From: Octopus vulgaris | Taxonomy: Eukaryota | Reading direction: 5' to 3' | Assembly: GCA_951406725.2 (NCBI GenBank) | Contig: OX597827.1 | Location: forward strand, 56,234,001 to 56,298,000 | DNA length: 64,000 nucleotides | Part shown: in pieces, positions 37,700 to 51,897 of the stretch | How positions within the stretch are numbered: the first letter of the stretch is position 1 | Layout: each line of letters begins with the position of its first letter | Notes under the pieces: model-generated | Database searches by the model: none | What the model was told of the DNA's origin: nothing | What the model saw: the letters and a program-made list of their open reading frames with translations, nothing else | Position numbers and translations under genes: made by a program

Positions 37700-39109
37700 A
37701 TATTTATGTGTCGGTGTTTGTTCCCCACTACCGCTTGACAACCGGTGTTGGTGTGTTTACGCTCCCGTAACTTAGCGGCTTGATAAAACAGATCAATAGA
37801 ATAAGTACTAGGCTTTAGAAAATAAATCTTGGGGTCGATTCATTGGTGAAGGTAACGAATACGCATACCCGGTGTTTAGGGTTAGGGTTTAAGGGTTACG
37901 CCAGAAACGGGTGGTGTGCGTATTCTTTACTCCGCCGATTCATTCGACTAAAAATTCTTCAAGGCGGTGCCCCAGCATGGCCGCAGTCTAATGATAAGAT
38001 CGCAGTCATCAAATATGCGAGCAACCATGACTGTAAAAAATATGGAGTCTGACGTTGGCGAAGGTATATCGCCCTATTTAACACCATTGTGTTGGATAAA
38101 CATGTTGCGAGGGATGTTTGTTGTTGTCGGGTCCCAGCGTGGCCGCAATCAAATAACTGAAACAAGTATAAGTTATATAGGTATTAATACCGAGAGGTGA
38201 TATCATCACTTAAACGTGGATGTTTTGTTTCTTCTACCGCTGTATAATTTCTAACAGCGTTACACACACATCACAGCAACACGCATCACACTCATATATA
38301 TTTGTTTCTAATTTAGGTACAAAGCCAGCAGTTTTTGAGGGGAGGTGGGTTAGTCAGTGCCATTGGCCTCGGTACTTGGCTGATACTTTATTTTGTTCAC
38401 ACCGAAAGGATGAAAAACAGACGACCTCGGTGGAATTTGAGCTCAGAATGCGAAGAACCTAAATTCCATAAGCATTCTCCCGATGTCTTACGATCCTGCT
38501 TCACACACACACAATATATATAACCTAATTTATCCTTTTTTTTAACCTCATCTTCGGGTTATTTATAATTTTAGCTTACAAAATATCTGTCTGGACTTAT
38601 CCTTGTTATTTTGTACATACACAAACAGACATATTACCTGGTTTCACTGTGAAGTGAAATAAGATTAGTCACACATTCTTTCTATATTAACAATGTGTGA
38701 ATAAAAATAGGGCTGGAGTTTACAAGTATTTAGTAGACCAGCATCTGATTCGTCCTGATTCAGTTCCTTAGGCAAGTACAAGTGAAGTCTATGCTTCATA
38801 ATTAATATGGAAACAAGTGCAGAGTTGTCTCCCATACTTGAAAGAATTTTAATATTACGGTAAATGGCATAAGAAAACTATAATAAAGTCGAGAATAAAT
38901 TATTCGGAGACGCCATCTGCTTGATAAGATATAGTTAATTTTGAGTTAACATATTTAATGTAAGGAGTGTTCAAAAGAAAGTAATTCAGAAAGACTTTGC
39001 AACTCATCCTAAAATCTAACAGTAATGGTGTGACTAGATTTTACTAATGAGGTCTAACGAAACTGAAACATGCCCACACTCATTCTGCACTGCATTCTAT
39101 TTCTAAACC

Positions 39110-39275
39110 CTGAAGTATCGGGACCTGACAGTGAACTATCTCTTCCAGCCTGTGGCGTTGGCGACGTTCGGAGGGTCTGGGCCACTAACAGATGATACCC
39201 GTGATGGCGCCTGGCTTTCCCAACGCTTTAACTTCGCCATCGCCCGTGGTAATGCTACGAGCGTGCTGACTTACT
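39110..39275 (+). mobile_element. CRE/NeSL-like non-LTR retrotransposon 3' fragment (restriction-like endonuclease tail)
   Basis: KYRDLTVNYLFQPVALATFGGSGP...WLSQRFNFAIARGNATSVL. Confidence 0.7.
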
Positions 39276-41699
39276 TCTGTAGGTTCTGTTAAACCTTGTG
39301 TTGTGCTACCAGTTGCTGTGAATCCAATTGCAAAACATATGATCCATTTCCTTTCACTTTGCGTGTACATATCGAGTCAAACGAAGGTTATTTTGTTTGC
39401 TCTTTCAAATTAAAGCACATTTGTCTGAGCAGATTCCAGTAATGTGATCAATACTGAAAAGTTTTTCAGCAATCTCGTCCTAAAATCACCTAATAGGACA
39501 ATACAAACTTTGCGCGTGAGTTTTTTTATTGGTGGGGGGAGGGTAGAGTCCCCACACATCTCAACACAAACTTTCGGACATATATTTTTTCCTTTCTTTA
39601 CCGTTTATCAAGTTGTTTTAATATGTAACTCCTTTATCCATTTACTCTAGCCAATATTGTGAATTGGATATCTAGGAAAAAACTGTCCCCTATCTGATCC
39701 ACAAGACCTAGTTTATATTTCAATATTCTTTTCTACTCTAAGCACAAGGCCCGAAATTTGGGAGGAAGGGGCCAGTCGATTAGATCGACCTCAGTACGCA
39801 ACTGGTACTTCATTTATCGACCCTGAAAGGATGAAAGGTAAAGTCGACCTCGGCGGAATTTGAACTCAGAACATCAAGACAGACGAAATATCGCTAGGCA
39901 TTTCGCCCGGTGTGCTAACGTTTCTTATTTCTTTACTGCCCACAAGGGGCTATACACAGAGGGGACAAACAAGGACAGACAAACGTAAGAAGTTGGTTAT
40001 ATCGACCTCAGCGCGTAACTGGTACTTATTTAATCGACCCCGAAAGGATGAAAGGCAAAGTCGACCTCGGCGGAATTTGAACTCAGAACGTAGCGGCAGA
40101 CGAAATACCTATTTCTTTACTACCCAGAAGGGGCTAATCACAGAGGGGGAAAACAAGGACAGACAAACGGACTAAGTCGATTACATCGACTCCAGTGCGT
40201 GACTGGTACTTATTTAATCGACCCTGAAAGGATGAAAGGCAAAGTCGACCTCGGCCGAATTTGAACTCAGAACATAACGGCAGACGAAATACGGCTACGC
40301 ATTTCGCCCGGTGTGCTAACGTTTCTGCCAGCTCGCCGCCTGCAAACTTGTTTTGAAGTTCAACATTCCCGCAGCAAAGTGTTGTACTGTCAAAAAAACT
40401 GCCTCAGTGCATTCTATTTCAAATTAATATAAATCATATATTGCCTCTCCCCTGCCTTCTCGACCAGAATTAGTCATCAACATAACGCTTTCTTTCTTTT
40501 TGATAGTCAAACTTTTTATGGCTCGCTATATTCAATATATATTCAATATTTACATTTATAGATTTGAAGTTTTTAATCCATGCTGCCCCATATAAAAATA
40601 TGCCAGCATATAACAATATATTTTCTTAGCAACTCGTTGGCCAATCCTTCGGCCAAAACTTTCATTCATGATGCTCGATCACATATACATGTTTGAAATA
40701 TTCCCCTGTAAATAATTTCAGTTGCTAACAAATTAAATACAAACATTTTTTTAAAAAATGGTAGTCAATCCAAAGCCAAAATAGATAAAGTTTTAGTGTG
40801 GCGTTGAAAACTTTTTGTGTTATATTCAAACAAGATAGAACTTGATGTATATGATATGCTTATTGTAAATAAGTAATAATTCTGAAGATAGTTGAATAGT
40901 ATGAAACTCTGACAAACAGTATTATAAAATCCTACAAAACCGAAAGCAAAGCATTTTTTTCTTTCCTAATCGCTATACAATACAATGTAAATGGTTACAG
41001 ACGTGAATGTTTTTGAAAAATAATTTTCATCAGAGCTAAGAACCGAAAACAAAAAGACACCCAGTACTAAGGCCTGGAAACCAAGTTACCAACACAATAA
41101 TCCACATTTCAGTAAATTTTAACACACAGTTGAGCTGTAGATTTGTAAATGTAACGAAAATAGAATGCCCTTATCTACTACATTCACTTATATTGTTATG
41201 TATATTGATTTTCCTTATCGGTAACCAATTCAATTTTGTTTACATTTGGGTTTTTGGAGATGGCTTACTACATAACGAGGCAAGAATTCATGCATGTGAA
41301 TTACTCGTGTGTAATGATGACCTTGAATAGAGACGGCTGCATGCCTAGTCTGATGCAGGAGTGTTCGTTATAACACTTCAGCTTCTAAAAACATCTTTCT
41401 CATTCCGGATGTTATCCAGAACTAAATTTTTACCTTTCAACTTTTCTTCCTAGCGAGGTCGATGAAATATCTAAAGTGACTTTAATATGATCGTATCGAC
41501 ATTGTCTTGGTTTTATTCCGATTTACAAATGTAGTTTGATCAAAAGACATGAAATATATACACGAAATGATTAGCTTACATAAAAAATACTATAAAGAAA
41601 AAAGAGAGAAATAGCTGAGTGAACGGAGGAAAGCGTAAAACGAAAGACAAACGAAAAATAACTATCAGTATGAGGAGAAAAAGTGAAAGAGAAGAACCA

Positions 41700-42010
41700 G
41701 AGAAAAAGAGGGAAGAAGTAGTGAGAGAGGGGAAATAGTGAAGTGGAGAAAAGGAGGATAATAGTGAGAGAGGGGAAAGAGTGAAGGGGAGAAACGAAGG
41801 ATAATAGTAAGAGAGGGGAAAGAGTGAAGGGAGAAACGAAGAATAATAGTAAGAGAGGGGGAAAGAGTGAAGGGGAGAAACGAAGGATAATAGTGAGAGA
41901 AGGGAAATCGGGAAGGGGAGAAACGGAGGATAATAGTGAGAAGGGGAAAGAGTTAAGGGGAGAAAAGGAGGATAATAGTGAGAGAGGGAGAAAGAAGGGA
42001 ACAAATAGTG
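41700..42010 (+). repeat. Purine-rich minisatellite, about 40-bp unit (GGATAATAGTGAGAGAGGGGAAAGAGTGAAGGGGAGAAAC)
   Basis: Seen directly; about 7 degenerate copies. Confidence 0.85.
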
Positions 42011-42484
42011 AGAGCAAGAGAAAAAAGAGACATTACAATCGATACTCGACATGCGTGTGAGTATCGCTTAGTTTAGCCTGTAGCTCGACGTTATTTTTTT
42101 TTTTATTCAAGTGCTGGTCACGTTTACCTTGTGCTGGATTTAAGGTAGTAGTAGTTTGGTTTGGTGATCACTTCATGTTCATAGTGGTGGTGTATTCTGT
42201 AGATACCGGCACATCAGACTCCTGATAAGCGCTATGTAGACTCCTTTTTTCCTCTTTCCTCTATCCCTCCCCTTTTCCATTGATGACTTTTCACCTCATC
42301 TACAACTACAAACTTTGTCCCTCCTCAAATCTGTTGAACGGTTCTTTTGCGTTTTTCAAGCCGTGTTTCTCCCTTCATCTTTCTACACGCTCATTTTTAT
42401 TTTCTGTCACCGATCCTTACAACGTCGAGGAAAGAACTTTGTCTATGACGAACAATTATTAGTTACCATTCACTTTAAAACACC

Positions 42485-42589
42485 ATGTCTTCACCAGAAC
42501 ACATAAGACGGGGTATGCGGACAGTTTTCACCCATCTGATCCGCTCGTCCGTTCTCACCAAAGTTTTGAGCGCAAGTATTATAAAACAG
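42485..42589 (+). CDS. STARD7: STARD7 exon 1 (second in-frame ATG at 42515; mitochondrial presequence-like)
   Basis: caccATG, then (MSSPEHIRRG)MRTVFTHLIRSSVLTKVLSASIIKQ and a CAG|GTGAGT donor. Phase 0 matches exon 2. The sequence from 42515 is basic and hydroxylated with no acidic residues. Confidence 0.75.
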
Positions 42590-45500
42590 GTGAGTTACCA
42601 ATTTTTTTCGATTGATTATTTGATGTTTCATTGGGCGATCTTTCGTCGGAAACGTGCTACTACAAACGAAAGATCGCCGTTTAATTGTTTCTATGCAACA
42701 CATAGAAAATATAATGTGTACTATTACAGCTCGAATTTACAATATGACCATCTCGACTATTATACAATTATAACTTATCTTTCAATCTACAATCTAAGGA
42801 ATCTAGAGTGTATATTCTACTTCTTAGAGCCTTTGTTATCTACAATCAACGAACTTAAGTTCCAGTTAAAAAAGCAGCCGAGGTTCAAGTTAGTTACACT
42901 CGCCACATATTTGTTTCTGACTTGTGGAGTCCTGTAGTATTTTGCATTAGTTTTTCATTTATAACGGCATTACATAATTTGGCGATCTTTTATAGGATAG
43001 TCTGTTGACTTTTATTTTACTACATATACAACACGTTTGTATATGATAAATATATAATGCATAACCACATTAAAATACAAATTCAAAACCGAAGGATAGT
43101 GTTAATTAAAACAATTGTCCTCTATACATGGAGATCATTGTATCAACTGTTTTAGTTATGTTTATATGATATATAGCATTGTATATGTGCCAGTGGGTGT
43201 GTATACACACTCGCACGTATATATAGGCGATATATAGTTACATACCCACGTGTGTGTGTGAGAAAAGGCTTCAATATTTATCATTAATATAAATTGTTGC
43301 ATGCAATTTATATGCTTTGACCCAGTTGCTACATAAAAATTGCACGTGGAAAGGGCATGTTATGTTTCAACATCATAGTATTTTACTGTGGAAAACTTGC
43401 TAGTTCAAAAACTGGTTCCATTTGTCTTTATTGCCTATAATATTTTATGTATATATTTATAATCTTTCACTGATCCTTTTAGAGCAACTGATAACTAAGT
43501 AAGATAAAACTACTAACTCATTGTTCGATAATACATCTTGCTATAGAATACAATCTAGTTGTAGTTTCGGTCCAGATTCAACCCTAATCGAGAAGACATT
43601 TGATTTAATCAAAGACGTTCCTGTCGTTACTATTCCTTTTATCTTTTACGGCTAATGTATCCAAGACGACATCATCCTTCATTTTTTAAAAAAATGGTTG
43701 GGCATAAATTGAGGGAGATTTAGCTACTGTTTCTAGCCCCTCGAACGACCGCATAGAGTTTTCGTTCTTGGTTCAATTACAACAGTATACGAGAGGTCAG
43801 TTATTTAGTTTTTGGTAGCAACTGTAGAGTAGGTAGCTAAGTTGTTTTACCATATTATAGTACCATTCGGAACATGTTCTTGAGAAGCAAAAATTGGATT
43901 TACATGATAAATTACTGTGTTATTAATTGTTTTTGCTTGCAAGTGCTAATAAAGCAGTTATCTTCTAAACCTCCAGAATTTGTGGTTAATAAGGGGACCG
44001 CTGTGTATTTCTGAAACATTGCCCTGCCTGAGACGAAGGACATGTACTGAAGAAGCAATTGATTTGACTTTAACCTTGGTATAACTCGCAAGGAAACATT
44101 AAATTCTATAAAGTTGTATATAACTGTGATTCTATTTATTTAATTTCTGCAATTTATATAGTATCGGTTGGTGTAGTACACGAAGAAAGAGTTGACTATT
44201 CACTAGTATCGCCACATTTGACATTTATCTTCCCATGCTATTATTAAATAAGCATGTATGTATGTGTGTGTGTATGTTTTTCCTTCTTCTTCTTTCATGG
44301 ACCATATATTCTACGGAACCTTTTGGTTAATCATATGTCTATATTTCTCATCTTCCTTGAAGCTTGCTTACCAATTATTTAAATTAGATATTCGGATTAA
44401 ATAAGCTTTGGTACTTTGGGGTTCGTAGATTATCACACTTAACAATATAATTTATTTATACATTTCAAGAATTAAGCATCTGTGTGCTGTCAAACTATGT
44501 GCAAAGTTGATGTTTAAGAATTTTCCTTATCAAATAGCAGACTATTTAGTCACTAACTCAACATTACACTGTGTTTCACTGCCTTGTGCAGTGAATTTCA
44601 ATATCTATTCCAACAATACTTGCATGCATTAGTTGCATTAGCTGCTGAATGCAGTCACTCGTTGCTTTCCTTATTAACCAACTATTATTGGAAAGTATAC
44701 GAGTAGTTAGATATTGCAAGCTATAAAGTTAGCTGCAATATGCAAAAGTTTAGTACTTTGGTCAAGGACAGAAGAGAAATTCCTCAAGTGGTATAGCAAA
44801 AAAAGAAAACTCAACGCAGACGAGATAATCAGGTTATGTTGCATATGTTATATATCATAGTTTGTGAATATGTCGAGTGAAAAACTATCTAGAGTTAATT
44901 GTATAAAGTATGAAAGTAGAGATAAGTCAAGTTAGATTAGCATGTATAAATAAAGTTAGACTTTGCAGAAGAAACAAGACTTAATAAGAATCAATAGAAG
45001 TTTATTTCATCCAGCTAATTACTTTCTGAGGAGGAATGAAAAATCGAAGTTTTCTTAGTTTAAAGGTTTGTGAATAAAAACTGGAGACAGTTTCCATAGT
45101 AAAGCCGTACTCTGAATGAAAATGTCTTACATATCTTTGTACAAGATTCAAAAATAAAAACAAAGTGAGATTTGAGTGCAGAAAGTTTCAGATGTGATCA
45201 GAGATCAATTTTTAATGTTTATCAGTGAGTGAAGATCTGTTGTTTCCATAAGATTTCAGTGTAAATTCATTCTAAGATGGAAGTGGTACTCCCTTGGCCA
45301 TGTGAGCAATAGGGTAATGGTAAGTGTATCTAAATCTTTGTAAGTTGATCAGAGCTAAGCTATTGATCTCTCTTGAATATTTTAGAATATTATTCTAATA
45401 TTCATCTTATGCACTTGTGCAATAAATAGAATCAATTAATGACCAGCCAAGTGGGAAATGGGATTTATGATATTCATGCTTTTCCAGAAAGCATTGATAG

Positions 45501-47580
45501 TGTAAGTAAAATAGCTATGATTGGGAATTCAACCCATGTCACAAACTTTAGTTGCTAAAAGCTTTCTGCCTGTGCTGCAGCACACACCAATCTACAGTTA
45601 AAATAAAGCTAATTCCAACATCTTTGAATTCAGAGTGTTGAGACATCACTAAATTTCAGAATACACTCTATAATTTTTACCACTCCACTACGGTAATAAT
45701 TAAATGATCACAAGCCAATAACAAAGTCATTTGAGTTGCTTGAAATAACAGCTATATCTCCCTTGCATCACACTCTTTTTCTAAGGGTGTGATATGATGG
45801 ATATCATTAGAAAAGAAAGATGCATTGGATAGTGTATTCCTGAATACTCTATGCCTGGGAAAAATGAGGGATGTCATGGCTGGAATGCCTTAGATTATAG
45901 ATTTTTTTTTTATTGAGGGCAACAGAAAAAATTATTCTGAGCCACAGATTTTTGTGAAGCCGAGGTTAAAATGAGAGATAATTCACTCTCTCTGTGTCTG
46001 CTGGATAATATGCCAGTTTTTCAGAGATAACTGACTTCTGTTGATTAGCATCTTACCAGATCCTGCAGACCATTAATCAAAGGCATTCTATCCATGATCA
46101 TCCAATAGAGTCCATTCGGACTGGATCTTTAATCTGAAGATAAGTTCTACCATTCTTGGAAGCTCTGAAAATAATAATAGATTTTGCCTGTCCTCTTTTG
46201 GCTAAACAACTTAAAATTTTAGAAAGTCTTTCATCATCATCATCATTCTTTAACATACATTTTCCATGCTGGCATGGTTTGGACAGTTTGACAGGAGCTG
46301 TCCAGGCTCCAACTGTCTTCTTTGGCAAAGTTTCTATGGCTGGATACTCTTCCTAATGCCAGCCTCTTTACAGAGTATCCTAGGTGCTTTGAATGTGCTA
46401 CCAGCACTGGTGCTTTTACATGGCAGCATCTGTCATTTAATGTCTGCTTTCTATGTTGGCATGGGTTGGGAAATTTGACAGGAACTGGTAAGCCAGAAAA
46501 CTGCATCATGCTCTACTCTCTGCTTTGGCATGGTTTCTACAAGTGGACATCCTTCCTAACACATGCCAACCACTTTACAGAGTCTACTGGGTACATTTTA
46601 TGTGGCACTAGCAACAGTTAGATCACCAAGTAACTTGCAAAAAAATCTCCTTCGAGGGGAGTAGTATTGAGGAGGTGTCTTGTAGTAGAGGAGAGACATA
46701 GCTACCTTAGATGGAGAGAAAGAAGAGATAGTTGTAATGGTAAAGATGTGTCATGTATCTTGTGTAAATAAAATAAAGTACACCTTTCTAGTTGATAAGC
46801 TCTAAGTCAATTCTTATCAAATATATTGCAGCTGTGACCATCCCGTCTTAAAATTTTTTTCGGGACATTATATCTGTAGGCCTACATTATCCATTGTTTC
46901 ATTTCTTTTATTTCAAGTCTGAAAGTTATATTTGAGGAAGATTTGGTTGCCATTTCTAGCAGAGGGATTGACCATATAGATCCTTTGTTATCTTATTTTC
47001 AGATATTTGTTTTTAAGTTAGCAAATTATTTGCTATATAAAATTAATTAACATTAAATTCGTTTGTTATTTGATAAAACCCTTGAGAAAAACACAACTGT
47101 CTTAAATTCCTATTTACCTCTTTATAATGTTATAAAATTTATTATCATCATCATCCTTTAATGTCTATTTCCCATGCTGGCATGGGTTAGACAGTTTGAC
47201 CAGAGAGCTACACCAGGTTCCAGTCTTGATTTGGTTTGGTTTCTATGGCTGGATGCCCTTCTTAACACCCAACCACTTTACAGTGTATCCTGGGTGCTTT
47301 CAGTGTGACACTGGCACGAGTAAATTTTACATGGTGCCAGCACAGGACTCTTGCAGGAATCCTCTTCACTAGGGAATGTGACCTTAACACTTTTGCTGTG
47401 GAGGATGGGTCTTGAATACAGCAAGGCACCAGGTATCTTTGTCCTTTGTCATCTCATCTGAAAGGTTCAGCATTCTGAGGTCATCCTTCTGTACATTGTA
47501 TATCACTTTCATATTGATGATGTATTTTTATTTATTTAATTTTTCATTTACTTTAAAAAATTTTCTTTTTTCTATTTCAG

Positions 47581-47909
47581 TCACATACCGCAACAACCCT
47601 CTCTTGCCGAACAAACACTGCTGTTTCTCTGTTTCGCAAGCTGTCTGAGAAAGCAAATGCTCAGTTGGACATTCTCAGCACGCATTTTGCCAAACAGTGC
47701 CATGCCATTGTTGCCCAGCGGGTCCGCCGTGCACTGCAGATTTCTAATCTCTACAGCCGACTCTATGACCAGAAGTCTCTGGTACACATGCTTACAAAAC
47801 TTCGCAACACCATCTTGAAACATACATCAAACAAATCTTTAGGTTTCCTTTTGAGTGCTTCATTGTTTTCATGGGACAAATACCGAATAACAGATGAAGA
47901 GATGCAAAG
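47581..47909 (+). CDS. STARD7: STARD7 exon 2
   Basis: tttcag acceptor, AG|GTGAGT donor. Encodes AKQCHAIVAQRVRRALQISNLYSRLY...LLSASLFSWDKYRITDEEMQ, resembling STARD7 ANQCRFVTGLRVRRAQQIAQLYGRLY...VFVWDEERIQEEELQ. Confidence 0.93.
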
Positions 47910-49307
47910 GTGAGTAGCTTGTTATAACCATGTTGCGAAAAAAAAAATGTAGATATTGAGTTTTGTATTAATAAATCACTTTTTTTTTTGTTAAAATTCC
48001 AGCAACAAGGATTAACTCTGGATTCCCACCCTTGTATAATTCGTGAATTTAGAGGGTTTAGATTTGCAATACTATCCCTTTATTTCCCATCAAAGATGGG
48101 CAGATTGGCTATCTTACTATAATGGACATTATGTCTGTCTGTTCCCTCTTGACGGCCAGACAGCTGGATCAGTCATCATCATCATCATTTAACGTCCGCT
48201 TTCCATGCTAGCATGGGTTGGACGATTTGACTGAGGACTGGTGAACCAGATGGCTGCACCAGGCTCCAATCTGATCTGGCAGAGTTTCTACAGCTGAATG
48301 CCCTTCCTAATGCCAACCATCCCGAGAGTGTAGTGGGTACTTTTACATGCCACCAGCACGAGGGCCAGTCAGGTGGTACTGGCAACGGCCATGCTCAGAT
48401 GGGGTTTTTTACGTGCTTCCTGCACAGGAGCCAGTCCAGTGGCACTGGCAACAACCTTGCTCGAATGCTTTTTCACATGCCACCAGCATGGAAGCCAGTC
48501 AGCTGCTCTGGCAATGATCACGCTTGGATGCTGCTCTTAGTGCTCCACTGGCACAGGTGCCAGTCATTGAATTTGATTTGATTTCAATTTCACTTGCCTC
48601 AACAGGTCTTCGCAAGCAGAGTTTAGTGTCCAATGAAGGAAAGGTATGCATAAGTGGGCTGGTTACACCCCATAGGCCACAGGTTATGGTTTCACTTGGC
48701 TTGCTGGGTCTTCTCACACACTGCATATTTCCAAAGATCTCGGTCACTAGTCGTTGCCTCAGTGAGGCCTTATGTTCGAAGGTCATGCTTCACCACCTCA
48801 TCACAGGTCTTCCTGAGTCTACCTCTTCCACAGGTTCCCTTAACCGCTAGGGTGTGGCACTTTTTCACACAGCTATCCTCATGCATTCTCGCCAGTGCAG
48901 TCATCTCTCTTGCACACCACATCTGATGCTCCTTAGGTCCTACTTTTCTCTCAATGGTACTTATACTCTGTCGAGTATGCACACTGACATTACACATCCA
49001 GTGGAGCATACTGGCTTCATTCCTTGCGAGCTTGCACATGTCTTCAGCAGTCATGGCCCATGTTTCACTGCCATGTAGCATGGCTGTTCATACACATGCG
49101 TCATACAGTATCTGGCAGATTTCATTAACAGACAAGTTTAAATTTGAATGCATGTGAAATTTCAACCCTGGCAAAATATCCCCCATCTCTGACAAAAAGT
49201 TCCCCATCCCCGATATTTAAGGTACTTCTTTGGCGTCAGTAACTTGCTGCAAGATTTTTAATGTGTCTATCGATTCATTTTTTTTTTTTTTTGCTTTTGC
49301 TTAACAG

Positions 49308-49453
49308 TGTAGCTGAAGACATCTCTTCGGCTAATCTCAAACACATGTCCTCAAAAGAACTTAAAGCTTTGAACTGGCAAAAAGTGATAGACCAGCCCAA
49401 TCTCGAGGTATGGCGTAAACCAATTGAAAATTCTCATCTCTATCAGTACAAAG
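49308..49453 (+). CDS. STARD7: STARD7 exon 3
   Basis: ttaacag acceptor, GTTAGT donor. Encodes WQKVIDQPNLEVWRKPIENSHLYQYK, resembling WEMVMDKKHFKLWRRPITGTHLYQYR. Confidence 0.93.
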
Positions 49454-49626
49454 GTTAGTTAAATCATATTTTAACAATTACGTATGTGTGACAAAATGTC
49501 TTGTTTGCCCTGATCATGCAGATCTATAATCAAAGAAATTACACCCATTACAATCCTGTCTTTTTTTACTATATTCAGACTACATTGTTCAGTGTCTCCT
49601 TTCTTTTAGGATAGTAGAATGTTTAG

Positions 49627-49866
49627 TTAACCCTTTAGCATTCAAACCAGCCATATCTGGCCAAAATATCCAAAATGTACAATTTGTTTTTACTGTTTAA
49701 ACTGGACAGATCCAGCCTCTCAAACTTACCCTGCAATGCCATACTAAAAGTGAACAGTCACTTCATTGAAATCTTGAAGCTACAAGATTAATGCATGATT
49801 AATTCAAAACAATATGAATAAATAAGCATTACATTTGACAGAGTAACCAGAATGCTAAAGTGTTAA
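49627..49866. mobile_element. piggyBac-type (TTAA) MITE family
   Basis: TTAA-CCCTTTAGCATT...AATGCTAAAG(G/T)G-TTAA. Other copies at 55016-55243, 56220-56404, 20230-20443, 8040-8662 (split by a SINE) and 26385-27040 (split by a SINE). Confidence 0.75.
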
Positions 49867-50982
49867 AGAATAATTGGCTGCTGTTTCTTGTACATTTAAC
49901 AATCATGTAGAAACTGTCTTGTTGGCTCGTGGTTCCCGCACTTAGTCCACTATTATTCTCTTTTACTTGTTTCAGTCATTTGACTGCAGCCATGCTGGAG
50001 CACCGCCTTTAGTCGAGCAAATCGACCCCGGGACTTATTCTTTGTAAGCCCAGTACTTATTCTATCGGTCTCTTTTTGCCGAACCGCTAAGTGACGGGGA
50101 CGTAAACACACCAGCATCGGTTATCAAGCAATGCTAGGGGGACAAACACAGACACACAAACACACACACACATATATACGACAGGCTTCTTTCAGTTTCC
50201 GTCTACCAAATCCACTCACAAGGCATTGGTCGGCCCGGGGCTATAGCAGAAGATACTTGCCCAAGGTACCACGCAGTGGGACTGAACCCGGAACCATGTG
50301 GTTGGTTAGCAAGCTACTTACCACACAGCCACTCCTGCGCCTATTCGTTATGTTTGTTTTCATCTTATGTGCATCATCGCATTCATTTTAACTTCCACCT
50401 TCCATGTAATAATTATTTTATTGAATTCATACAAATTCTTGATTATTTTCAAAATTAATAGAAAGACACAGGCAGTGTACTTTCACAGAAAGTTTAAGAG
50501 AAGAAACAGCTACTAAAGTCAAACAATTGAATTTGCACAAAAGTAAAAGTCCAAAGGCGGTGGTGGTTTCTCCTATTAAAAAATCATCCAAGCACTTTGT
50601 ACAGTTGAAACTCTGAGGGATAAGTGGTCCCTTTCGTGAAAAGCAAGTAAGGGTTTTAGCATCAGGAAGGACATCTGGCTGTAAAACAATGCACCAAATA
50701 ACATACTCCATGCAAGTGTGGAAAAACAAACATCAAATGAACGGATTATCATTCTTTGTGATTTTATTAGTTTCCATTGTAGTAGTAGCAGCAATATTTC
50801 ATTGCAGGCTTAGCAAATTAAAATAAATTTTAAGGTTAGATTCTTTTCCTTTCTTGCCTCTAAACTGAAGATGACTCTCTTTTTACCCATGTGGAGTGAG
50901 TTTAACATGGAGTGCATTAATTTGTCATATATCTTATTATCATGGGCCAGGAATTCAGTGGGATTTGAACACATTACTGAGC

Positions 50983-51675
50983 TACGAGGTGGTATCAAAA
51001 GGTTCACAGATTCTATGTTTAACAGAAAATAACTTATTTACCTAAGTTTTAACATCATCTCTTTTGAAATAGTCACCTTGCACAGCAATACATTAGTCCC
51101 AGCGTTCCTGCCACTTTCAGAATCCAGCCTGGAAGTCTTTTTTCCATAAGCAAGTTGAGGACCTTCTGGGATTTACTCCAGATCTCAACAACAGTATTAA
51201 AACAGCGAGCTTTGAGCTGCATTTTCATCTTGGAGAAGAGATGGAAGTCTGCAGGTGCTAAATCTGGCAAATGGGGCAGATGTGGAAGTGATACCTTGTT
51301 TTTGGCAAGAAAGTCACAAGTGAGGAGACCGCTGTGACGGTGCATTGTTGTGAAGAATCTAATTCTTTGTGCTCCACAGATCTGGTCGCTTTTGCCGAAT
51401 ACCCTCTCTCAAATGCTTCACAATGTTACAGTAAAACTCTTTTTTGAGATTCTTGCTCTGGGGGATGAATTCTCAATGCACAATACCACATTTCTGGGGG
51501 TGACACTTGTGACAGGTCCTCCAGATCACTCACTGTCTTCTGGGGACGTTCTTCCACTTTTGAAGCACCCACGCCACTCAAAACATTGCATATGACCCAT
51601 TGCCTCATTGCTATAAGCTTGCTGGAGCATGTTCAATGTCTCTGTAGCAGACTTCCCAAGTTTAATGCCTGCATC
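50983..51675 (-). mobile_element. mariner transposon remnant
   Basis: TA-CGAGGTGGTATCAAAA TIR; KSATETLNMLQQAY...FEW..FKSGRTS and PDLAPADFHLFSKMK motifs. Confidence 0.85.
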
Positions 51676-51847
51676 TGGTAATAAGAATACTTCAAAATAA
51701 GCAGTTTGTATTAGATAACTAAGATACAGGCAAGTTAGTATCAAATGGGTTAACACATTCATATAAAAGGACAAAACTTTGTCACTTTCAACATAACTTT
51801 TGTGAGTTTCTTAATTTTATAACACTATTTTTTTTCGTTTTTACCAG

Positions 51848-51897
51848 TTCATGGATCTTTCTATGATATTCCGGCCAGTGCATTTTTTGTGATTCAG
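51848..51897 (+). CDS. STARD7: STARD7 exon 4
   Basis: ttaccag acceptor, GTATGT donor. Encodes VHGSFYDIPASAFFVIQ. Confidence 0.92.

Noticed and set aside
42590-42937. Remainder of the 150-aa ORF 42485-42937
   Set aside because: Read-through past a consensus GTGAGT donor into AT-rich intron 1 of STARD7.
43920-45260. Possible intronic snoRNA or alternative exon in STARD7 intron 1
   Set aside because: No convincing paired C/D or H/ACA boxes and no frame-compatible splice pair found by eye.
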